From IMG/VR virus record IMGVR_UViG_3300045988_136181, positions 1 through 6,327 of that record: a stretch of 6,327 bases of DNA, one strand, 5' to 3'. This stretch comes from a virus. Under the pieces are notes generated by a model. The model was not told the DNA's origin. It made no database searches and was given only the letters and a program-made list of their open reading frames with translations. The position numbers were made by a program, and so were the translations under genes. Shown here piece by piece: positions 1 through 5,345 of this stretch (within the stretch, counting starts at the first letter, position 1; every line of letters begins with the position of its first letter).

Positions 1-55
1 AAAAGAATCAGAAGAACCTAAAGAAAACCAAGAGTAACCATCTACATTAGTCTGA
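1..55. repeat. Terminal direct repeat, copy 1 (identical to 6273..6327); assembly overlap of a circular genome
   Basis: All 55 nt (AAAAGAATCAGAAGAACCTAAAGAAAACCAAGAGTAACCATCTACATTAGTCTGA) are identical at both window ends. The capsid reading frame is continuous and in phase when 6272 is joined to 1. Confidence 0.95.
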
Positions 56-963
56 ACTTGTTTATCTGGTAAAGAAACAACAGACTCAGAACCAAATTGA
101 GCAGTAGGCAAAACACCATTCAAATAATCCAAAGGAAGATTGCTAAAGCGCAAATCCAAAAAATTCAAACGGTTGGCATTCTTACCAGAAGTGAAGTTAA
201 CCTGCTCAAGCTGAGTAGACAAATCCATAGAACTAGATGGAGTTACATAATCAACATTACATAATGATGCATCATAACCCTGCCACTGTCGGAACTGATA
301 ATGGTCATTACAAATCTTCTGGTAAGCGAGAAGACGGAAAACAGACACATTAGGAAGATGAGTCATACCAGTAACAGTTTTATCATTAAAATCTTTGTAA
401 GTCATAACCTGATAATCGAAACGACCATAACCAAGAAGCTGAAGAAGCTTAGAGGATGCAGCCCAACGATATTCACCGTTATTATCAAAAACAGAATTTT
501 TAAAATCATCCAAAAAAGATGTACCGAGCTTAGATTTGGCAGCTTGACCCATCTTGTACAAATATTTGTGCAAGGCAGAGTAAGCAACATAAGGCATGCC
601 AGTAGTAACCTTTTCATTAGCAAAAGGAGAAGTAGCAATGCGTGAAACATCTTGACCAGAAGCCGAAGAAGTCATATTCAATACTTGAGTATTGAAATAC
701 TTCCAAAGCTGAGAGTAAGGGACAAAAAAGAACTGAACATTCTCACGAAGACGTGTAAAAGCAGCAGTCTGCAAAGGTGCAGTTCGAGTAAAATAACTTG
801 AATCGATACGAATAGAATCGCCAGGATTCAATTCGAAAACGGCGCAAGGAAGCAGTTCACCAATTTTAGCGGTGAACAAATTGCGGGCTGAAACATCAAA
901 AGAGTTTCGAGACGGCTTGTTTTTCAAACCGTGCAAACCCATAATATCGGAACGATTTGCCAT
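1..963 (-). CDS. VP1: Major capsid protein (Microviridae VP1/F type), N-terminal 321 codons; continues across the circular junction into 6272..5346 (629 aa in total)
   Basis: ATG at 963..961. Hand translation gives MANRSDIMGLHGLKNKPSRNSFDVSARNLFTAKIGELLPCAVFELNPGDSIRIDSSYFTRTAPLQTAAFTRLRENVQFFFVPYSQLWKYF... and later ...FRLLAYQKICNDHYQFRQWQ... and ...LRFSNLPLDYL.... These are signature blocks of Microviridae capsid proteins as I recall them. I checked every frame-1 triplet from 1 to 963 and found no minus-strand stop. The ORF track missed it because it runs off the window edge. Confidence 0.95.
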   Translation of the reverse strand, partial: MANRSDIMGLHGLKNKPSRNSFDVSARNLFTAKIGELLPCAVFELNPGDSIRIDSSYFTRTAPLQTAAFTRLRENVQFFFVPYSQLWKYFNTQVLNMTSSASGQDVSRIATSPFANEKVTTGMPYVAYSALHKYLYKMGQAAKSKLGTSFLDDFKNSVFDNNGEYRWAASSKLLQLLGYGRFDYQVMTYKDFNDKTVTGMTHLPNVSVFRLLAYQKICNDHYQFRQWQGYDASLCNVDYVTPSSSMDLSTQLEQVNFTSGKNANRLNFLDLRFSNLPLDYLNGVLPTAQFGSESVVSLPDKQVQTNVDGYSWFSLGSSDSF

Positions 964-980
964 AAAAAAATAATTAAATA

Positions 981-2471
981 TTAAATATTAAACTTATAAC
1001 GGTCTGCAATCTGTTTATGTTTAATCCGAGAACGGAATTTATTTTTAACAGTAAGAGACCAATTCTTAAAATCTATAGATGTGGCAGAAAAAGTATCAAA
1101 ATCGATTAAAGAATCGTAATAAGCAGAAGCAAAATGCGAATCCAATTCACACAATGATAAATTATCAACCAATCGAGAATAATCAAGCCAATGATAATAA
1201 GACTTGTAAATATCAAAATAATCACGCAAACCAAAACCTAAAGAATCAGCAGCGGAAACAAAACGCTTAGAAGCGTATAAGACAGAGCAAAGCGGAGATA
1301 ACAGATTTAAATCCGAATGCAGACAAGCCAGACACTGAGGAGCACACAACGAAGCAAGAGAAGCATATTCATTATCTTTATTGAAATACCATGCATTAAA
1401 AATATGAGTAGCTAAATTAAGAACAGAACCTAATTGCTCATATCTGGATTTAACGAAATTGTCGGCAAAGAGCGTAAGTTTTCGAAATACAATTCTGTCA
1501 TCCTCGCAAGCTGAGAAGCTATATCTCGGTAGCAATCGACCGACAATCGACCGCCTAACGGAGTAAGTATACTGCTCACCAGACCAAGAGATAACATTAA
1601 CTTGTCCGATATGTGTAAAGTCTCTTTCTTGAAAAGACTTTTTAATATCTTCTTTCGAAGAAATCTCTCCAAGATAATTGGAGTGAAACGCTCGTTGAGG
1701 AGCAAGCAGTTCAAGCACGTAGGGAAAATCAGAAGGCTTATTAACATACGACGAAACGTAAAAATAGGCTTTTCCGTCGGTCTGTTTAGAATCAATATAA
1801 CCGAACTTCCAGAGTGAACGTAAAAAAACAGGGGTCTGAATAGGTCGGGATTTTGTACCGAATTGCTGCACATTTTCAAAAGCTCGGGCAAGCTGAGACG
1901 ATGAGTAGAAAAATAAGATATGCCAATGCGGACGCAACGACTGTGTTCCGTATTCACCGATAGCGTAGTAACGTATCTTTTCATTGAAATATTTTGAAAC
2001 ATATTTTCTAAATCTTTTAATAAATAACTGCAAATGCCTATTTACAAGCACCGCAACTTGATTATCTACATAAGTAACATTTCTATTAACCGAAAAATTA
2101 GCCTTGAAAAAAGCACGATGTTTATTGTATAAAATCACACTATTACGTAACTCTTCAGTATTAACAACAGTTGGCGTAGAAAAATCTTCGTTAAAATCAT
2201 AATTTTGCTGCAAATCGACAACTTCACCATCAGAAGCAGAAAATAAACGAGAAACATCCACAACAGGCAAATGAGCTTCGTCATAAGTCAAAGTAACAAA
2301 AGAACAATACTTTGACCTATGCTCCTCAAGAGCAAGACGGTTACTCAAGCTATTACGTTTAAGTTCTTGACAAGCAGGACAAGAGCCGCATCCAACCATC
2401 TGAACACGACCAAAACAATCTCTAATACTAACAGGCTTAAAACAAGAAACCCAAGGAGTAACGTCACTCAT
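981..2471 (-). CDS. VP4: Replication initiation protein (Microviridae VP4 / phiX174 A-like HUH rolling-circle endonuclease), 496 aa
   Basis: The track ORF 981..2477 starts at a GTG; the first ATG is at 2471 (MSDVTPW...). There is an N-terminal Cys cluster (GCGSCPACQ), HUH motif I FVTLTYD, motif II RPHWHILFF, and motif III with paired tyrosines (AYFYVSSYVNK). Confidence 0.93.
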   Translation of the reverse strand: MSDVTPWVSCFKPVSIRDCFGRVQMVGCGSCPACQELKRNSLSNRLALEEHRSKYCSFVTLTYDEAHLPVVDVSRLFSASDGEVVDLQQNYDFNEDFSTPTVVNTEELRNSVILYNKHRAFFKANFSVNRNVTYVDNQVAVLVNRHLQLFIKRFRKYVSKYFNEKIRYYAIGEYGTQSLRPHWHILFFYSSSQLARAFENVQQFGTKSRPIQTPVFLRSLWKFGYIDSKQTDGKAYFYVSSYVNKPSDFPYVLELLAPQRAFHSNYLGEISSKEDIKKSFQERDFTHIGQVNVISWSGEQYTYSVRRSIVGRLLPRYSFSACEDDRIVFRKLTLFADNFVKSRYEQLGSVLNLATHIFNAWYFNKDNEYASLASLCAPQCLACLHSDLNLLSPLCSVLYASKRFVSAADSLGFGLRDYFDIYKSYYHWLDYSRLVDNLSLCELDSHFASAYYDSLIDFDTFSATSIDFKNWSLTVKNKFRSRIKHKQIADRYKFNI

Positions 2472-2473
2472 AA

Positions 2474-2674
2474 TCACCGAAGATGTTTAAAAAACCAAGA
2501 ACCAGAATGAGAAATATGCGTAGTATCGGATACGATAATCGTACCTTTACCAACAGAATCAAACTGACGCTGAACTGTACAACTAGTCATAGCTGATACT
2601 CCAAAATAAGTACCAATCAAACCAAGAGCATAAATAAGTACCTTAATAATAATCTTTAAAACTTCTTTATTCAT
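2474..2674 (-). CDS. Small membrane protein, possible lipoprotein (66 aa), function unknown
   Basis: ATG at 2674. The N-terminus is basic (MNKEVLKIIIK), followed by a hydrophobic helix (VLIYALGLIGTYFGVSAM), then TSC (loosely lipobox-like) and a short polar tail. The stop TGA at 2476..2474 lies 2 nt before the Rep ATG (TGATTATG), suggesting translational coupling. It is on the same strand as all other genes. Confidence 0.6.
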   Translation of the reverse strand: MNKEVLKIIIKVLIYALGLIGTYFGVSAMTSCTVQRQFDSVGKGTIIVSDTTHISHSGSWFFKHLR

Positions 2675-2777
2675 AATTACAAATTATTTAAAATAAAACA
2701 AAATAACATAGCTAAAAACACCGTGGAATCGTATCTGCTAAAAAATTAATAAAATTCATATCTTAAACACTTAATAA

Positions 2778-3023
2778 TTAAACCATAGTGAACCAGAAAC
2801 GACTATCTTTCTGCTGAAAGATACCATTAAACTGAATAACCGCATCATTATTATAAGTATCGTACACTGAATCCATAAAAGAAGAAACTTCATCAGTACG
2901 CACTGCATAATGAATAGTATAAACATCACCCAAGACATTAGAAGTTACAATAACCTTAAAATAATCACGCGATTCATTATCAAAGAATTGAGACCGCTCA
3001 GAATCAGAAATAACCTTTTCCAT
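2778..3023 (-). CDS. Hypothetical protein, 81 aa
   Basis: ATG-initiated ORF on the coding strand and the first gene after the long non-coding region. The composition looks like a globular protein (MEKVISDSERSQFFDNESRDYFKVIVTSNVLGDVYTIHYAV...). I recognise no family. Confidence 0.55.
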   Translation of the reverse strand: MEKVISDSERSQFFDNESRDYFKVIVTSNVLGDVYTIHYAVRTDEVSSFMDSVYDTYNNDAVIQFNGIFQQKDSRFWFTMV

Positions 3024-3111
3024 AACCTTAACAATTTAAATTAAACATTAAAAATATCAGAAACATAAAGCAACTGATTTCGAGTGCAATATTACAAAAA
3101 AAATAGATACA

Positions 3112-3139
3112 TTATAACATAAAGGACGTTATGTTAACA
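3112..3139. promoter_or_regulatory. dif-like tyrosine-recombinase core site (11-6-11): TTATAACATAA-AGGACG-TTATGTTAACA; candidate XerC/D-type attP, alternatively an operator or promoter palindrome
   Basis: Perfect 8-bp inverted arms TAACATAA (3115-3122) and TTATGTTA (3129-3136) are separated by a 6-bp spacer. The right arm matches 9 of 11 positions of the XerD arm of E. coli dif (TTATGTTAAAT, from memory). The left arm ends in CATAA, like the XerC arm. Confidence 0.4.
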
Positions 3140-3320
3140 AATATTAGTTGAATTTTACAATGTTTCACGTAAAATGCTATCTATAAAATAGCAAAACGAT
3201 TAAAGTGCATAAATTAGCACCGACATAAAGAAACTGATACGAATACAGTAAAAACGTTCCTCGCAAACGACCCTTATTAAGTCGGTGTCACTTTAACAGT
3301 AGATAAACTAGAGGGAACTG

Positions 3321-3345
3321 AATCGGTGGAAAGTAAACACCGATT
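3321..3345. other. Hairpin: 8-bp stem AATCGGTG/CACCGATT with a 9-nt loop
   Basis: Perfect inverted repeat read directly from the sequence. Confidence 0.7.
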
Positions 3346-3368
3346 TCGTAATATCTTATATAAATAAG

Positions 3369-3383
3369 GACTTTGAGATGATA
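3369..3383 (+). repeat. 15-nt direct repeat GACTTTGAGATGATA, copy 1
   Basis: Exact copy of 3567..3581, 198 nt away. Confidence 0.95.
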
Positions 3384-3402
3384 GCTAATGATAGCAGGCG
3401 AT

Positions 3403-3613
3403 TAGGGGCGTTGCCCCTATAACCTCACTTCCGGTCATCCGGAAGCGGAAGGAGCGGAAACTACGTTTCCTGTCTTATGGGGCGTTGCCCCAAGCCCCAG
3501 TTCCTTTGGCATTGCCCAAAGGAACCGAAAAGCTAGTGTTTTTCATAGTATCAAAGCCTATCGGGAGACTTTGAGATGATAAGCGGTCGGGCTCTACGAG
3601 CCGTTCACGACCG
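3403..3613. other. Array of six perfect GC-rich stem-loops (structured DNA or RNA element)
   Basis: Stems have no mismatches or wobbles. They are 3403-3419 (TAGGGGC GTT GCCCCTA), 3428-3445 (CTTCCGG TCAT CCGGAAG), 3456-3470 (GGAAAC TAC GTTTCC), 3478-3492 (TGGGGC GTT GCCCCA), 3500-3525 (GTTCCTTTGG CATTGC CCAAAGGAAC), and 3584-3613 (outer CGGTCG/CGACCG enclosing GGCTC TAC GAGCC with a 5-nt bulge). Confidence 0.8.
3567..3581 (+). repeat. 15-nt direct repeat GACTTTGAGATGATA, copy 2
   Basis: Exact copy of 3369..3383. Confidence 0.95.
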
Positions 3614-3627
3614 AAGCACAAAAGTAA

Positions 3628-3657
3628 ATAACTAATGATAACTAATGATAACTAATG
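3628..3657 (+). repeat. Tandem repeat, three perfect copies of ATAACTAATG (10-nt period); iteron-like
   Basis: Read directly from ATAACTAATG ATAACTAATG ATAACTAATG. The related ATGATAGC pair at 3378-3385 and 3388-3395 also has a 10-nt period. Confidence 0.9.
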
Positions 3658-3812
3658 AGTGTGCTAAAATCGGGAAAACAGAAGCAGAATGAAATAAAAT
3701 AATAAAAATACGTGCGTACAATCTATATATAAATATATATAAACAATACACACGCATAATAAAATTATAATAGTAAAACGACATACCAAAAATGGATTAT
3801 AAAGTCATTTTA

Positions 3813-4832
3813 CTAATGAAAACCTTTAACCTTTTTAGGAGCACGCATACCTTTGGTAGATTTACCAAAAGCATAAGCACCGGCAGCAGGTAACCAAGAA
3901 CCATCAATACCAAGCCAACGCCAAAGCTTATTAGCAGGACTTTGAGTATCTTCATACTTCTGCTGAGTCCAACGACTAGAATCATTTGTCGCATCAATAG
4001 ATAATTGCTGAGTAGCTTTTCTGAAATCATTATCTATCTTAATACCAGACTCATTAGCATAATTAAGAGCAGCAGACGAAACGTACATACGAGCAGCTGC
4101 ATCAGCCATTCCACGTTGAGCAGCAAATAAAGCAGACTGAGCAATAACATTTGCTAAACCTACTTGTTTTTCGGCAGGAAGCCAAGACAAATTAACCTTA
4201 GAAATACGGTTCTGAGTGTCAGCAAGCGCAGCATTCATCGCATCGAGATAAGCGCGATTAGCAAGAGATTGGTTTTGAGCATTGACCAAATCTACACGAG
4301 AATCTAAAGAATCTTTTGCATATTGATTTTCAAGCTCTTGATAAACATTCCTAAGCTGAAGATTTTTTGTCTTAGCCTGCAAAGTCTGTAAAAGAAACAA
4401 ATTTTGCATACGTTGAGCTTCTGTCATCTGACCTGTATAATCAGCTTCTTCGTCAGCTTTACGAGTCTCGGCGTCACGAACAGTCTTTTGAGCATTAATA
4501 TCCATCTGCTGAGAAATCATCTGAGCAGCAGATGAACCGGCAGAACTGATACCTTGTGCCAAAGTTTCGCCAGAATTAGACATAGATGTAGATGGAACAG
4601 AACCAGAAACAGAACCGGCAGAACCATTCATCATCAAATTAGGATTGAGACCTGCTTCTTCAAAACGCTTACGCTGATTTGCAGCAGTATTATAATCTCT
4701 ATCCATTAAATACATTTTCTCCTGCCAATCACGTTGGGCTTGAGCATTTTTATCCTGCTTCTTAGCACCAAACAAAGAACCAAGAAGACCAGCACCAGCA
4801 GTGATTGCAGCAGCACCAATAGTAGCAGACAT
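3813..4832 (-). CDS. VP2: Minor capsid / DNA pilot protein (Microviridae VP2-like), 339 aa
   Basis: The track ORF starts at a TTG (4856); the first ATG is at 4832 (MSATIGAAAITAGAGLLGSLFGAKKQ...). It has a Gly/Ala-rich hydrophobic N-terminus, an EEAGLNPNLMM motif typical of VP2/H-like pilot proteins as I recall, and a long Gln/Ala-rich predicted helical middle. It sits downstream of the capsid gene. Confidence 0.82.
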   Translation of the reverse strand: MSATIGAAAITAGAGLLGSLFGAKKQDKNAQAQRDWQEKMYLMDRDYNTAANQRKRFEEAGLNPNLMMNGSAGSVSGSVPSTSMSNSGETLAQGISSAGSSAAQMISQQMDINAQKTVRDAETRKADEEADYTGQMTEAQRMQNLFLLQTLQAKTKNLQLRNVYQELENQYAKDSLDSRVDLVNAQNQSLANRAYLDAMNAALADTQNRISKVNLSWLPAEKQVGLANVIAQSALFAAQRGMADAAARMYVSSAALNYANESGIKIDNDFRKATQQLSIDATNDSSRWTQQKYEDTQSPANKLWRWLGIDGSWLPAAGAYAFGKSTKGMRAPKKVKGFH

Positions 4833-4844
4833 AAGCAATAAATT

Positions 4845-4875
4845 AAAATTAAACAAAGCCCCCTAAAAAGGGGGC
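4845..4875 (-). terminator. Intrinsic terminator or attenuator between the 149-aa ORF and VP2
   Basis: The minus strand reads GCCCCC TTTTTA GGGGGC TTTGTTTAATTTT. This is an all-GC 6-bp stem (4858-4863 with 4870-4875), a 6-nt loop and a T-rich tail. The plus-strand reading has no T tract, so it is unidirectional for the coding strand. Confidence 0.55.
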
Positions 4876-4880
4876 ATAAA

Positions 4881-5330
4881 TTATTCATGATCAGTGTCAT
4901 CAGAATTATCAGAATCAGAGAACAAAGACAAAATATAATTGTCCAAATTCTGACGAGCAGAAGCAAGCTTCTTCTTTTGCTCAGAATCCTTCATATCTGA
5001 AACCTTCTTATCAAAATCATCAATAAATGAAGATAAAGCAGATTTCTTGTCAGAAAGAGACTGCAAATAGCGAGAATCAGTAAAATCCATTTTCTTGAAA
5101 TCATCAAGAGCAGAAAACTTATCCTTAATCTCCTCTGGCATATCATCCTTAAGCTGAGTAAAACGAGACAAAATACCATCCATAAGAGATTGAGAAAGTC
5201 TCATATCGGAAATTCTATTAAGCAACATTACATCAGAATGAATAGAAACACCATCATCACAAAAATCGTGTTGTAAGTCCTCACCAACTGGAGGAACATA
5301 ACATTTAGTTTTATAATTTCTAATACTCAT
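4881..5330 (-). CDS. Hypothetical acidic protein, 149 aa (positional candidate for a scaffolding-type protein)
   Basis: ATG at 5330, 15 nt after the capsid stop. The protein is rich in Asp, Glu, Ser and Lys, with an acidic tail (SDSDNSDDTDHE). It lies between VP1 and VP2. I recognise no family. Confidence 0.7.
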   Translation of the reverse strand: MSIRNYKTKCYVPPVGEDLQHDFCDDGVSIHSDVMLLNRISDMRLSQSLMDGILSRFTQLKDDMPEEIKDKFSALDDFKKMDFTDSRYLQSLSDKKSALSSFIDDFDKKVSDMKDSEQKKKLASARQNLDNYILSLFSDSDNSDDTDHE

Positions 5331-5345
5331 AATTCACAAATTTAA

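Larger units (their letters stand above)
3024..3812. other. Long non-coding region (789 nt) between the VP2 stop and the 81-aa ORF start
   Basis: The six-frame track shows no listed ORF lying within this interval on either strand (only the 3' end of nested ORF 3797..4030 overlaps its edge). It is dense in inverted and direct repeats. Confidence 0.85.

Noticed and set aside
1-55. The terminal 55-nt direct repeat as an LTR or transposon end
   Set aside because: It lies inside the capsid coding sequence and exactly restores the reading frame on circularisation. This is an assembly overlap and not a biological terminal repeat.
301-645. Plus-strand ORFs in the track (301..645, 1079..1270, 1602..1817, 2319..2510, 5526..5753, 5817..6236)
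   Set aside because: All are antisense to strongly supported minus-strand genes. Their products are low-complexity and rich in Lys, Asn, Arg and Ile, as expected from reading the A-rich complement. No other gene uses this strand.
402-650. Short nested minus-strand ORFs (402..650, 3797..4030, 4706..4966, 4991..5179, 5342..5545)
   Set aside because: Each is in the +1 frame of VP1, VP2 or the 149-aa gene, where T-rich third codon positions deplete stops. The products are Leu-rich and hydrophobic, typical of off-frame reading. There is no independent signal.
3053-3060. CTGATATT on the coding strand, resembling the TTGATATT around the phiX174 origin nick site
   Set aside because: Only a 7-nt identity in an AT-rich context, where about one chance occurrence per genome is expected. 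The Rep here is very distant from phiX174 A.
3087-3095. CAATATTAC, 8 of 9 matches to the CRESS-DNA virus nonanucleotide origin TAATATTAC
   Set aside because: There is no flanking stem to present it in a loop, and it lies on the window plus strand, which is not the viral-sense strand. Microviridae Reps are not known to use this motif. It is a likely chance match in AT-rich DNA.
3111-3140. A sigma70-like promoter on the minus strand (TTGTTA, 18 nt, TATAAT) as a confident promoter call
   Set aside because: The hexamers coincide with the dif-like palindrome arms. TATAAT is common in AT-rich DNA. The inferred Bacteroidota host would use TTTG and TAnnTTTG elements, for which I found no exact match upstream of any gene.
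3405-3491. The two copies of GGGGCGTTGCCCC as a mini CRISPR array, or the GC block as a tRNA
   Set aside because: There are only two 13-nt copies with no regular repeat-spacer architecture. No cloverleaf, T-loop (GGTTCGAATCC-like motif) or acceptor pairing could be drawn on either strand.
3724-3741. The (TA)n-rich tract TATATATAAATATATATA as a specific regulatory palindrome
   Set aside because: This is low-complexity alternating AT, which is trivially self-complementary. It is noted only as part of an AT-rich, easily melted zone next to the iterons.
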